Shown here: positions 16,010 to 25,633 of the stretch, piece by piece
How positions within the stretch are numbered: the first letter of the stretch is position 1
How the letters are laid out: each line of letters starts with the position of its first letter
From: a virus
Taxonomy: Duplodnaviria; Caudoviricetes
Direction: 5' to 3' (one strand)
IMG/VR virus record: IMGVR_UViG_3300017650_000020
Location: 1-35,115 of that record
DNA length: 35,115 bases
Position numbers and translations under genes: made by a program
Notes under the pieces: model-generated
What the model saw: only the letters and a program-made list of their open reading frames with translations
Databases searched by the model: none
What the model was told of the DNA's origin: nothing

Positions 16010-18094
16010 TTGGCAGACTTTGACACGACGCGCACCGCCTATTCGGGTAGTGATGCGCGGAACATTCTGGCGCGCGCCCGCGACGACTGGGACCGCGCGC
16101 ACGAAATGGACCGGGAGAACATCCGGCGCGCGTATGAGGATCTGGAATTCCTCGCGAACGAGGATAACGCGCAATGGGACGCAGAGCAAAAGAGGAAGCG
16201 TGAGGCGGAAGGCCGCCCCACTCTGACCGTCAATCGCCTGCCGCAGTTCGTCCACAAGGTGACCGGCGACATCAGGCAGATGAAGCCTAGCCTGAAATTC
16301 GTGCCCGTCGATAACGGTGCGGATGAGAAGGTGGCGGACCTATATTCCGGCCTGTCGCGGTATATCGAGAACAGGTCCGATGCGCCCGCCATCTACTTCC
16401 GCGCCGCGGACAGTCAGGTTGCCGCGGGCATCGGCCATTGGCGTGTCACGACCGAGTATGCAGACGACACGACGCTGAACCAGGAAATCCGGATCGCGCC
16501 GGTCGACGATGGCATTTCGGTGCTATGGGATCCGGATTCCAAGCTGCCCAGCCGGGAGGATGCGCGGTATTGCTTTGTCCCGGTTGATATGAGCCGGGCG
16601 CTGTTCCAAAAGAAATATCCTGACATCACGCCTTCCGACTTCGACGACGCCACATGGACGCACAATTCGTCGTGGGTGGATGCCGATTTTGTTAGAGTCG
16701 CGGAATACTGGGTCCGTGAGCCGATCCAGCGCACGATTGTGTTGCTGCCGGACGGCAGTGTTGATGACATCACAGACGCGGAGGACAAGGCTGCGCTATC
16801 GGATATCGCGGTGCGCTCCGGTGCGCGTGTCGAGAAGCGACCCGGACATAAGGTTGTTCGCTACCTGATCACGGCTTCCAATGTCCTGTCCAAGGATGAT
16901 TGGATCGGCCGGCATATCCCGATTGTCCCGGTTCTGGGTGAGGAAATCCGGATCGGCCGCAAGGTCATCCGCAAGGGCATTGTCCGTGACGCCATCGACC
17001 CGCAGCGGATGGTCAACTATTTCCATTCCGCTCACACTGAGACGGTAGCCCTACAGCCCAAAGCCCCGTTCATCGGGACCGAGACGAACTTCGCCAAATA
17101 CCAGGAGATGTGGGAGCAGGCGAACAGCCAGAATCTGCCCTATCTCGTCTATGAGCCGGACTCAAAGAACGGAGGAACCGGCCCGCAGCGCGTCCAGCCG
17201 CCAGTGTCATCGCAGGGCATCCTCCAGGGTCTGGAGATGGCGCAGGAGGACCTGAAAGCAGTCACGGGCATTTATGACGCCAGCCTCGGCGCGCGGTCCA
17301 ATGAGACATCAGGGCGGGCTATCGTGGCTCGCCAGCGCCAGTCCGACCTTGGCTCATATCTGTTCATCGACAACTTCGCCCGCGCGGTACGCCGGACTGG
17401 CCAGATCATCGCGGACCTTATTCCGCACGTCTATGATACCGAGCGCAAAATCCGGATCATGGGCGAGGATGGCAAGCTCGATATCATCGAGATCAACCGG
17501 GCGAATGGTGAGGGCTACCTGAACGACGTGACCATCGGTTCCTATGACGTGGTTGCGACGGTCGGCCCGAATTATGCCACACGGCGAGAGGAAGCCCGCG
17601 AAGGCATGACCAGCTTCATCCAAGCTGCCCCGGCAGTTGGGCCGATTGTCATGGACCTTGTTGCCAAGTCGCAGGACTGGCCGATGGCGGACGATATCGC
17701 CAAACGCATTAGAGCAACCATGCCGCCTCAAATCCTTATGATGGAGGAAATGGAAAAGCAGGGCATGGAGCCGGAGCAGATCCAGCAAGCTCTACAGCAG
17801 GCGCAGCAGCAGCCTCCGGACCCGGCCGCCATCAAGGCGGAGATGGATGCGCAGCAGGCGCAGGCCAAGCTGCAATTCGATCAGGAGAAGGCGGTTATGG
17901 ACGCTCAGCAAGCCGAGCGTGAGCTTTCCGTTAAGATCATGCTTGAGCGCGAGAAGATGCAGATGGACCAGCAGACCCGGCTGGCCGTCGCCCTCATTCA
18001 GGCCGGCGTGAAGGAGGAAGAAATGGCCCTCCGTGCCGCAACAGCCTGGCAGACACAGCAGGCGCGGGAAAGCGCGCCGCAACAGACTTCGTAG
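16010..18094 (+). CDS. P22-like portal protein
   Basis: GRPTLTVNRL, SNETSGRAI.ARQ.Q, GPNYATRREEA and a Gln-rich C-terminal barrel. Confidence 0.92.
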   Translation: MADFDTTRTAYSGSDARNILARARDDWDRAHEMDRENIRRAYEDLEFLANEDNAQWDAEQKRKREAEGRPTLTVNRLPQFVHKVTGDIRQMKPSLKFVPVDNGADEKVADLYSGLSRYIENRSDAPAIYFRAADSQVAAGIGHWRVTTEYADDTTLNQEIRIAPVDDGISVLWDPDSKLPSREDARYCFVPVDMSRALFQKKYPDITPSDFDDATWTHNSSWVDADFVRVAEYWVREPIQRTIVLLPDGSVDDITDAEDKAALSDIAVRSGARVEKRPGHKVVRYLITASNVLSKDDWIGRHIPIVPVLGEEIRIGRKVIRKGIVRDAIDPQRMVNYFHSAHTETVALQPKAPFIGTETNFAKYQEMWEQANSQNLPYLVYEPDSKNGGTGPQRVQPPVSSQGILQGLEMAQEDLKAVTGIYDASLGARSNETSGRAIVARQRQSDLGSYLFIDNFARAVRRTGQIIADLIPHVYDTERKIRIMGEDGKLDIIEINRANGEGYLNDVTIGSYDVVATVGPNYATRREEAREGMTSFIQAAPAVGPIVMDLVAKSQDWPMADDIAKRIRATMPPQILMMEEMEKQGMEPEQIQQALQQAQQQPPDPAAIKAEMDAQQAQAKLQFDQEKAVMDAQQAERELSVKIMLEREKMQMDQQTRLAVALIQAGVKEEEMALRAATAWQTQQARESAPQQTS

Positions 18095-18129
18095 CAGGAC
18101 ATCGGATCAGCCGGTTTCCGCACGATGGC

Positions 18130-18150
18130 AGGCCCCTTCGGGGCCTTTTT
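18130..18150 (+). terminator. Intrinsic terminator after the portal gene
   Basis: AGGCCCC-TTCG-GGGCC-TTTTT hairpin. Confidence 0.7.
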
Positions 18151-18163
18151 CATTGGGCCAACA

Positions 18164-18997
18164 ATGAGCACCGAAACTGACGTGACGGCCGCCCCTGAGG
18201 GTGCGCCGACCGAAGGCGCGACCACAACCGAAGCCGCTGCCCCGCAGAATGTGGATCAGCAGCAGCTCGAACAGAGCCAGCAACAGCAGACCGACCAGCC
18301 GAACACCGACGACGCGCAGAGCGAAGCCGGAGATGCCGAGAAGCCGCGCCGACCGTCCCGCACAGACCGCATGAAGCGGCGCGTGCAGGCGATGAGCACG
18401 GAGATCGACAATCTCAAGGCTCAGCTTGCCGAGAAGGATAAGGCTGATCGTGAACCTGTTGAGGCTGACTTCAATGGCGATTACTTCGCCTTCATGCAGG
18501 CCAAGACCGCATACGATGCGCGACGGGCCATTCGCGAGGAACTGAACGCAGACCGAATCTCACGGCTCGAAGATCAGCACAAAGCGCAACGGCAGGAGTT
18601 GACGGATTCCTTTGATCAGGGCGTCAACGAACTGCGGGGTCGCATTGCTGACTATGACGAGACGGTTGAGCGATATGCCCAGTCCGGCGGCCGGATTTCC
18701 GATGCCGTCCGCGACGAGCTTCTGGACAGCGATCAAGGCCCTCTCCTTCTTTATCACCTCGCCAAGAACCCGGCGACGGCGCAACACCTGAACCGCCTGT
18801 CGCCCCGCGAGGTTGCGCGGGAGATCGGACGCATGGAAGCGTCCCTCAATCTCCCCTCACCCCGAACCCAAACCAAAGCACCCGCCCCGCTCGCCTCCGT
18901 CAATGGTGGCGCGTCGCCTCCGACCAATCTCGCCTCGCTGGCGAAGTCGGATGACGCGTCCGCCTATTGGGAAGCAAGGCGGAAGGGTGCCGGCTGA
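18164..18997 (+). CDS. Scaffolding protein
   Basis: Between portal and coat; acidic N-terminus, coiled coil, GP.LLYHLAKNP…EIGR.E. Confidence 0.85.
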   Translation: MSTETDVTAAPEGAPTEGATTTEAAAPQNVDQQQLEQSQQQQTDQPNTDDAQSEAGDAEKPRRPSRTDRMKRRVQAMSTEIDNLKAQLAEKDKADREPVEADFNGDYFAFMQAKTAYDARRAIREELNADRISRLEDQHKAQRQELTDSFDQGVNELRGRIADYDETVERYAQSGGRISDAVRDELLDSDQGPLLLYHLAKNPATAQHLNRLSPREVAREIGRMEASLNLPSPRTQTKAPAPLASVNGGASPPTNLASLAKSDDASAYWEARRKGAG

Positions 18998-19012
18998 AAA
19001 GGCATCTGAACC

Positions 19013-20263
19013 ATGGCTAACACGACCCTGACTGCGGATATCATTGCGGCGGAAGCCGTTGGTATCCTCGAAAACAATTGCGTGATGGGCGGTCTCGTCT
19101 ATCGCGGCTACGAGGAAGAATTCTCGAAGCGCATCAACGGCTACACGGTCGGCGAAACTATCTCCGTCCGCCGTCCTGCCGATTTCACCGTCCGCAGCGG
19201 CCCGACTGTCGAGATTCAGGACGTTGTGGAAGGCAAGCTGAACGTCACTGTGGACCAGCAGAAGGGCGTGGACTTCAAGTTCTCGTCTTCCGACCTCACC
19301 TTGCAGATCAAGGACCTCTCCGAGCGCATCATCAAGCCGGCTATGATCAAGCTTGCGAACGAAATCGACCGGGACCTGACTTCGCTCTACAAGGATGTAT
19401 GGAACTGGGTCGGCACGCCGGGTCAAACGGTTGATTCCTTCAAGGACTTCGCCCTGGCTCCGGAGCGTCTGGACCTCGGCGCGGTACCGCAGGACAACCG
19501 CAGTTCCGTCCTTTCGCCTTCTGATCAGTGGGGTATGCTCGGCTCGCAGACTGCTCTGTATATGCAGGATGTCGCCAAGGATGCCTACAGGCGTGGACGC
19601 CTCGGCATGATCGGTAATGTGGACACCTACTCGTCGCAGAACGTGCAGGCCCACACTGTCGGCGCGGCCGCTACCACTTCGGCAGTTGCAGACGCTCCGG
19701 CCGGCAATGGCGTCCTTTCCACGACATGGGAAGCCACCAAGGACACCGGTTACATGTACCTGTCCACGGATGGCTGGAGTTCCTCGTCGCTCAACAAGGG
19801 CGACGTCCTGGAATTGAGCGATGTGTACGCGGTCAACCCTGTCACCAAGGCCAAGCTGGCGCACAAGCAACAGTTTGTGGTTCTTGAGGACACGGCTACC
19901 AGCTCCGGAGATACGGCGATCAAGATTTCCCCGCCGATCATCACGTCCGGCGCTCACCAGACGGTGGACAAGGCTCCGACCGATGGCACCACGACCATTG
20001 CCAAAGTTGGCACCGGAGGTACCGCTTACCCGCAGAACCTGGTGTTCCACAAGAACGCCTTCTCGCTGGTCATGGTGCCTATGGTGAGGCCGCCGGGTGC
20101 CGTCGATGTCTCCCGCAAGTCCTACAAGGGCTACTCGGTTCGCGTCATCCCGTTCTACGATGGAACGAATGACGTGAGTTCCTGGCGTCTGGACGTTCTC
20201 TACGGCGTCAAGACCGTTGACCCCCGCCTCGCCACCCGCCTTTCCGGCACGGCCAGCGCTTAA
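19013..20263 (+). CDS. Major capsid protein (P22 coat/gp5 family)
   Basis: MANT.LT, G.TI.VRRP, NLVFHKNAF.L, RLDVLYG..DPRLA. Confidence 0.93.
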   Translation: MANTTLTADIIAAEAVGILENNCVMGGLVYRGYEEEFSKRINGYTVGETISVRRPADFTVRSGPTVEIQDVVEGKLNVTVDQQKGVDFKFSSSDLTLQIKDLSERIIKPAMIKLANEIDRDLTSLYKDVWNWVGTPGQTVDSFKDFALAPERLDLGAVPQDNRSSVLSPSDQWGMLGSQTALYMQDVAKDAYRRGRLGMIGNVDTYSSQNVQAHTVGAAATTSAVADAPAGNGVLSTTWEATKDTGYMYLSTDGWSSSSLNKGDVLELSDVYAVNPVTKAKLAHKQQFVVLEDTATSSGDTAIKISPPIITSGAHQTVDKAPTDGTTTIAKVGTGGTAYPQNLVFHKNAFSLVMVPMVRPPGAVDVSRKSYKGYSVRVIPFYDGTNDVSSWRLDVLYGVKTVDPRLATRLSGTASA

Positions 20264-20278
20264 TCAGGAGTTTTCATC

Positions 20279-20491
20279 ATGGCTTCCAAGCAACTCTCTG
20301 ACGGCGGCGCCGAAGGCACCGTATTGGGTCAGTCCGCGTCGGACCTGATTTCCCTTCACGGCGCGACCCCTGTTGCCCAGTATGGCACGGTAGTCACGCT
20401 GGCGACGGGTGCAACCATCGCAACTGCCGTCACGGTGGTCCAGCAGGTCGTCGAGGCGCTGAAACTCAAGGGCATCCTGCCCAGCGCATGA
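20279..20491 (+). CDS. Small virion protein (possible capsid decoration)
   Basis: AGGAG RBS; directly after coat; G..LGQSASD.I..HG.TP. Confidence 0.6.
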   Translation: MASKQLSDGGAEGTVLGQSASDLISLHGATPVAQYGTVVTLATGATIATAVTVVQQVVEALKLKGILPSA

Positions 20492-21225
20492 AGATGCAGG
20501 TGCAGGCTATCGGCGGCGCGTCGGAGGAAATTCTGGCGCGTCACCGGGTCCATGCCATCAAACTGGGCTTTCCCCGACTGGGGGAGGCCCGCCTTCCTGA
20601 CGTTGCAATCGTTGGCGGTGGCCCGTCTATTCTAGGCCACGTCGAGGAACTGCGGTCCATCGAAGCGGAGGTATGGGCCATCAATGGGGCATGGCGCTGG
20701 TGCCGCGAGAACGGCATTGACGCGGCATTCCTGAGTGTGGACCCGCTTCCCGCGATTGCCCGCATGGCCCGCGGTGCCGAACGGGCGATCCTGTCCACGT
20801 CCTGCCACCCCGACGTGTTTGCTACGCTCCAAAACGCGGATGTTGAGGCTGTCCATGTCGGAGGCGACGACGGGCTGTTGAACGGACCGACGACCGCCAC
20901 CACGGCCCCGATGATTGCATTCGAGCGCGGTCACAGGCGCGTCCTGTTCTACGGCTGCGAAGGCAATTTCGACCGAATGACTCACGCCTATGGCAACTGC
21001 CGCCCGCTGGACGACCTCGTGAGGGTCGAATGCGGCGGAAAGGACTTCCTGACCAGCCCTGACATGTTGTGTCAGGTGGACTTCCTCGCGGCGCTGCTCC
21101 GGTCGTGCCCTGACATCATGATCGACCGATCCGGCGGTCTCTTGAGCGCGGCAATCGCGCACGAGGACGTGGACGTTATCGCCCTCTCCCCCAAGCTTCG
21201 GGATGAGATATGGCCTACTCACTGA
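20488..21225 (+). CDS. MptE-like/Maf (DUF115-type) Rossmann-fold protein
   Basis: VAIVGGGPSI, VWAINGA, SVDP, G.RRV.FYGC pattern. Confidence 0.6.
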   Translation: MKMQVQAIGGASEEILARHRVHAIKLGFPRLGEARLPDVAIVGGGPSILGHVEELRSIEAEVWAINGAWRWCRENGIDAAFLSVDPLPAIARMARGAERAILSTSCHPDVFATLQNADVEAVHVGGDDGLLNGPTTATTAPMIAFERGHRRVLFYGCEGNFDRMTHAYGNCRPLDDLVRVECGGKDFLTSPDMLCQVDFLAALLRSCPDIMIDRSGGLLSAAIAHEDVDVIALSPKLRDEIWPTH

Positions 21226-21572
21226 CCGATCTGGCAACCCGTATGCTCAAGGACTTGGGCCTTGTGGCAGCGGAGGAAATGCCGAGCCCGGATGACCTGG
21301 CTTGGGCAAAGGAGACGGTCGAGGGTGAGGTTACTCTGCTCGCGGCCCTCAACATGCCGATTTGGAATGGGTCGGCCATGGCGATCCCTCCGGCCTACCT
21401 CACGGCCTTGTCGCGCAGGATCGGTCTGGCCATCGCGCCGTCTTTCGGTCTGATGGATCAGGCGACGGCCATGGCTGCCATGCGAGAGGCGGAACGGGCG
21501 CTGTCCAGCCTATCGGCACCGCGAGGCATTCGTCCTTTGACCCTGCGAACCAACGACGTGATGGGCCGATGA
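21210..21572 (+). CDS. Head-to-tail adaptor (P22 gp4 position)
   Basis: Size, position and helical content (L..LG..A..E.PS.DD…LAIAPSFG). Confidence 0.6.
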   Translation: MAYSLTDLATRMLKDLGLVAAEEMPSPDDLAWAKETVEGEVTLLAALNMPIWNGSAMAIPPAYLTALSRRIGLAIAPSFGLMDQATAMAAMREAERALSSLSAPRGIRPLTLRTNDVMGR

Positions 21573-22981
21573 CCGCCGTTCCCATCGCATTCCAGACCAA
21601 CCGGGGCAAATACGCCTTTATGGGCGTGACCTCGCTGGTGAATGCGTATGCCGAGAAGCTGGGCGAGGATGCCAAGGGGATGCTTGGCGTGATGGCCTGT
21701 GATGGCACCCTGCCCTTCGCCTCCGGTCCGGATACGCCGTGCCGTGGCGCGATTTACTGCGACGACCTGCAATGCGCCTATCTGGTGCATTCGTCCAGCG
21801 CGTGGAAACTGACATCTGACGGGGCAATGACGCGGATCGGGACCATACCCGGCGCGTCGAAGGTCACGATCACGCGCAATCAGGCGACGATTCCGCAGAT
21901 CGTAGTGCAGACCGATGTAGGCTGCTACGTCATTGCGTCTGACTCGGTGACGCGGATTGTTGATCCGGATCTTCCGTACGATACCAATTCCGTGGATTAT
22001 CTCGTCGGATACGTCCTCTATTTCGGGAGCACCGGCCGCTGGTACTATTCCGAGCAGTCGGAAGCGACGATCATCGACGGCCTGTCGTTCTATACAGCGG
22101 AGCAACTTCCAGATCGGCTGGTGCGCGGCTTTGTCGATCGGTCCGAGCTGTTCCTGTTCGGGACCAAGGTCACGGAGGTTTGGGCACCGACCGGAGACGC
22201 CGAGGACCCATTCCGCCCGCGTTCTGGGTCCAGCACCATTCCCAAGGGCCTGCTGGCGAAACACTCGGTTGTCTCGACGGACGGCTCAATCCTGTTCGTC
22301 GGCTCTGATGGCATTGTCTATCGGCTGAACGGCTACACCCCGACACGGATCAGCAATCACGAGGTGGAGCGCGCCATCGAGGCCGATCCGAACCCGGAAG
22401 CCATCGAGGCCATGGCGTGGGCCAGTCAGGGCCATAGCTTCTACAACATCACGGGCTCGAACTGGTCCTATTCCTACGATGCCGCAACGGGCGTCTGGCA
22501 CCGGCGCAGGAGCCATCAAAAGACCCGCTGGCGACACTCCAACGCCTTCCAGGCGTGGGGCAAGACCATCGTGACCGACCGCTTCGGCGGGAATGTCTAC
22601 TATTTCGATTCCGACACGACGACCGAGGCCGGCGCGCCGATGATCTGGGACGTGGTGTCGCCCACGATGCACGCCTTTCCGAACGGCGGGATTGTGGATG
22701 CGATGCACTTCGATATGGCGACGGGCTATGGCCGATTGCTACCGACCGATCAGGGATATGATCCGGTGGTCATGCTGTCGTGGTCCAATGATGGCGGATC
22801 GACCTTCCCAATCACCCGCCACGTCTCCCTCGGCAAGCGGGGCCAGTATCGGACCCGCGTGACCAGCCGTCGCCTCGGCCGCTTTGGGCCTCAGGGCCGC
22901 GTCTGGAAGCTGTCCGTCTCCGACCCCGTTGCGCGCGGCCTTGTCGCCGCAGACGCCGCTGTCCGGCCGCTGAAACTGTAA
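21569..22981 (+). CDS. Tail hub / DNA stabilization protein (P22 gp10-like)
   Basis: F.TAE..PD, LFG..TEVW, YDAATG.WH.R, VMLSWSNDGG.TF, RRLG; about 470 aa. Confidence 0.85.
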   Translation: MTAVPIAFQTNRGKYAFMGVTSLVNAYAEKLGEDAKGMLGVMACDGTLPFASGPDTPCRGAIYCDDLQCAYLVHSSSAWKLTSDGAMTRIGTIPGASKVTITRNQATIPQIVVQTDVGCYVIASDSVTRIVDPDLPYDTNSVDYLVGYVLYFGSTGRWYYSEQSEATIIDGLSFYTAEQLPDRLVRGFVDRSELFLFGTKVTEVWAPTGDAEDPFRPRSGSSTIPKGLLAKHSVVSTDGSILFVGSDGIVYRLNGYTPTRISNHEVERAIEADPNPEAIEAMAWASQGHSFYNITGSNWSYSYDAATGVWHRRRSHQKTRWRHSNAFQAWGKTIVTDRFGGNVYYFDSDTTTEAGAPMIWDVVSPTMHAFPNGGIVDAMHFDMATGYGRLLPTDQGYDPVVMLSWSNDGGSTFPITRHVSLGKRGQYRTRVTSRRLGRFGPQGRVWKLSVSDPVARGLVAADAAVRPLKL

Positions 22982-23292
22982 TGGCAACACGCAGGACGAC
23001 GCTGCCGCGCGTCGATATCGATCCGAACCTCTCCGATTATCTGGAGGGGCTGGAACGGCTGATCTACGCGCTGCAAGACGCGCTCAAGGCACAGGGCGGC
23101 GGGACCGAAACCAGCCTGACTGAGATCAATCAGCGCATCGACACGCTGTCCTCTGACCTGACCGCCAAGACCTTCCCGGTGATGCCTGCCCAGCCGGACC
23201 TTGACCCGGACACCGCAGACGAGGCGGAAATCTCCACCGCCCACAACGCCCTTCTGGCCGCCCTTCGCACCTCTGGCCGTATGGATACCTGA
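22981..23292 (+). CDS. Tail needle-position protein
   Basis: Short coiled coil after the gp10-like gene; C-terminal NALLAALR..G. Confidence 0.55.
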   Translation: MATRRTTLPRVDIDPNLSDYLEGLERLIYALQDALKAQGGGTETSLTEINQRIDTLSSDLTAKTFPVMPAQPDLDPDTADEAEISTAHNALLAALRTSGRMDT

Positions 23293-23294
23293 CC

Positions 23295-24038
23295 ATGGGA
23301 TTCTTTGACGTATTCTCCGGTGCCGACGCGGATAAGACCGCGCAGGCCGCGGCTGCGGACAAATACCGCAAGCAGCAGGAAGCCAACGAGCGGATGATCC
23401 TTGCCGGCGAGAAAAGCCGGGATCAGTTCGCCCAGCTCGCTGGTTCTTATGATCCATATGTCCAGGGAGGCCAGCAGGGATACCAGACTTATCTGGCCGC
23501 GCTCGGCCTGGCAGGACCGGAGGCGCAGGCGGCAGCCCTCGATACCTTCCGCGCCTCGCCGGGTTATATGGAAGGTTTGACGCAGGGCAGCAACGCCATC
23601 ACGGGCAATCGAGCGGCGCAGGGCCTGCTGAACAGCGGCGGCACCCTGAAATCGCTCAACCGCTTCGGGCAGGATTACGCCACGCAGAAATTCGGCGGAT
23701 GGCTGGATCGTCTGTCCGGCCTTGGTGGTCAGGGCTTGCAGGCCACGGGCGCGCAGGTTGGAACCACGGGAACGGGCCTCAACAACGAGTTCTCCGCCCG
23801 CCAGTCCGCCTATCAGGGTGAGCTTGGCGCGGCAGGCACGATTGCAGATGGCATGGTGGCCGGTGCCGGTGCGCGGGCTGCTGGCGCTGGAAATATCGCC
23901 GGCCTCGGCATGAACCTTGCCGGTATGGCGCTGGGTGGCGTCGGCGGGCTCGGTGGCCTTGGAAGCACGCTCGGCAATCTCGCCGGGGGGTTCGGTGGCG
24001 GCGGTGCCACCAATGCTCTGATGGGACGCATCTACTGA
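23295..24038 (+). CDS. DNA ejection protein (gp7-like)
   Basis: Gly/Ala-rich; SPGY…G…AA.GLL.SG.TLK.L..FGQ. Confidence 0.75.
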   Translation: MGFFDVFSGADADKTAQAAAADKYRKQQEANERMILAGEKSRDQFAQLAGSYDPYVQGGQQGYQTYLAALGLAGPEAQAAALDTFRASPGYMEGLTQGSNAITGNRAAQGLLNSGGTLKSLNRFGQDYATQKFGGWLDRLSGLGGQGLQATGAQVGTTGTGLNNEFSARQSAYQGELGAAGTIADGMVAGAGARAAGAGNIAGLGMNLAGMALGGVGGLGGLGSTLGNLAGGFGGGGATNALMGRIY

Positions 24039-25633
24039 TGGCAAACCAGTTCAGCATCCCGGTCCCGTCGATCCTCGACGCCCTGTCGGCTTTCGACAAA
24101 GGCTATAGTCGCGGGGATACGTGGCGCAAAGAGGGCCTGGTGCAGGATGCTGGTCGCTCGTTGCAATCCCGTAATTACGGATCGGCAATCGACCAGTTGA
24201 TGGGGGCCGGTCAACTGGACGCTGGCCTCAAGGTCATGGGCTTGCAGGAGGCAGAGCGCACCCGTGGTCTACAGGCGCAGGCGGGGCAGAACTTTCTCAG
24301 CGCGTTGACCGGACAACCTTCCGCAGGAGCTTCCGGACAGTCGGCCAGTGACCCGCAATCTTGGGGCAACGCCATCGCCGGGATCGAGTCCGGCGGCAGA
24401 TATGATGCCTTGGGGCCGCTCGTAACAAAATCGGGTGATCGGGCCTATGGCAAATATCAGGTCATGGGTAACAATATTCCGGAGTGGACGCAGGCTGCCC
24501 TTGGTCGGCGGATGACGCCGCAGGAATTCCTCGCTGATCCGCAGGCGCAGGACGCGGTGTTTCAACATCGCTTCGGCCAGTATGCCGCAAAATACGGTCC
24601 GGAAGGTGCTGCCCGCGCGTGGTTTGCCGGCGAAGGCGGGATGAACAACCCGAACGCCAAGGACCAGCTCGGCACGTCTGTCCAGCAGTATGGACAGCGG
24701 TTCGCTCAGGCTGCTGGCGTCACGGCGAACGACGCCGACCCGGCAGCAATCCCCCCGAATGCGCGTCCGGCGCAGTATGTCGTTCCCGGCACACCTCAGG
24801 CGAATGGCCCGACTTCCGGACAGCCCAGCGGCGGAATGAACCTGTCGCTGCGTGCCCAGCAGCTCATCGGAGCCATGGCAAATCCGAACCTCCCCGCGAA
24901 TATGAAAGACGTGGCTAAAACGCTACTGGCGCAGGAGTTCGAGCAGAACAAGACACCGGAAGCTGTCAGGCAGTATTTGTTCGCGAAGGGTCAGGGTTTC
25001 CCCGGCACTTACATGGATTTCCAGCGAGACCTGCGGAAGGCCGGCGCAACGAATGTAACCGTCGGCGGCGAAAGCTTGTCGCCGGGCCAGAAGAAGATCG
25101 ACGAATCTTTCGCAGACACCTATCTCCGATGGAACACGTCAGGCTTTGCGGACTCGGCCAAGCAGCTTACCCAGCTTAACGAGGCGCTGGGCATTCTCGA
25201 AAAGGGCGGCAATGTCACCGGCGCTGTTGGTGTGCTTCCCGATTTCCTCCAGCCGTTCATCAACGAGCAAGGGACCATTGCCCGGGAAGGGGTGGAGGAA
25301 GTTGTCCAGCGGTCGCTGCGAGAAATTCTCGGTGCGCAGTTCACCGAGAAGGAAGGCGACCGATTGATCGCACGCGCGTTCAATCCTCGCCTCAAGCCGG
25401 AAGAAAATGTAAAGCGCGTCCGCCGTCTTTTCGAAACCATCAAATCCATGGGAGAATCTACGCAGGCCATGGTGCAGTATTTCGAGGAACACGGCACGCT
25501 CCGGGGATACAAAGGCCGGCGCCCGTCCATGGGAGATTTCAACTGGCTGGGAAGCGAGACCGGCACGCCGAAAGATGGGGCCGTGGCGCCTGCTATCCCG
25601 ACGCCGCCCGCTGGCTTTCGGATCATTGAATAA
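24038..25633 (+). CDS. DNA ejection protein with a lytic transglycosylase-like domain
   Basis: AIAGIESGG.Y, AYGKYQVM, AWFAG lysozyme-like motifs. Confidence 0.75.
   Translation: MANQFSIPVPSILDALSAFDKGYSRGDTWRKEGLVQDAGRSLQSRNYGSAIDQLMGAGQLDAGLKVMGLQEAERTRGLQAQAGQNFLSALTGQPSAGASGQSASDPQSWGNAIAGIESGGRYDALGPLVTKSGDRAYGKYQVMGNNIPEWTQAALGRRMTPQEFLADPQAQDAVFQHRFGQYAAKYGPEGAARAWFAGEGGMNNPNAKDQLGTSVQQYGQRFAQAAGVTANDADPAAIPPNARPAQYVVPGTPQANGPTSGQPSGGMNLSLRAQQLIGAMANPNLPANMKDVAKTLLAQEFEQNKTPEAVRQYLFAKGQGFPGTYMDFQRDLRKAGATNVTVGGESLSPGQKKIDESFADTYLRWNTSGFADSAKQLTQLNEALGILEKGGNVTGAVGVLPDFLQPFINEQGTIAREGVEEVVQRSLREILGAQFTEKEGDRLIARAFNPRLKPEENVKRVRRLFETIKSMGESTQAMVQYFEEHGTLRGYKGRRPSMGDFNWLGSETGTPKDGAVAPAIPTPPAGFRIIE

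Noticed and set aside
18857-20050. 397-aa minus-strand ORF and similar long antisense ORFs
   Set aside because: These are shadow frames of GC-rich coding genes with no motifs
21362-21568. N-terminal extension of the gp10-like ORF (539 aa)
   Set aside because: It overlaps the adaptor gene; the ATGA-coupled start at 21569 gives the expected size
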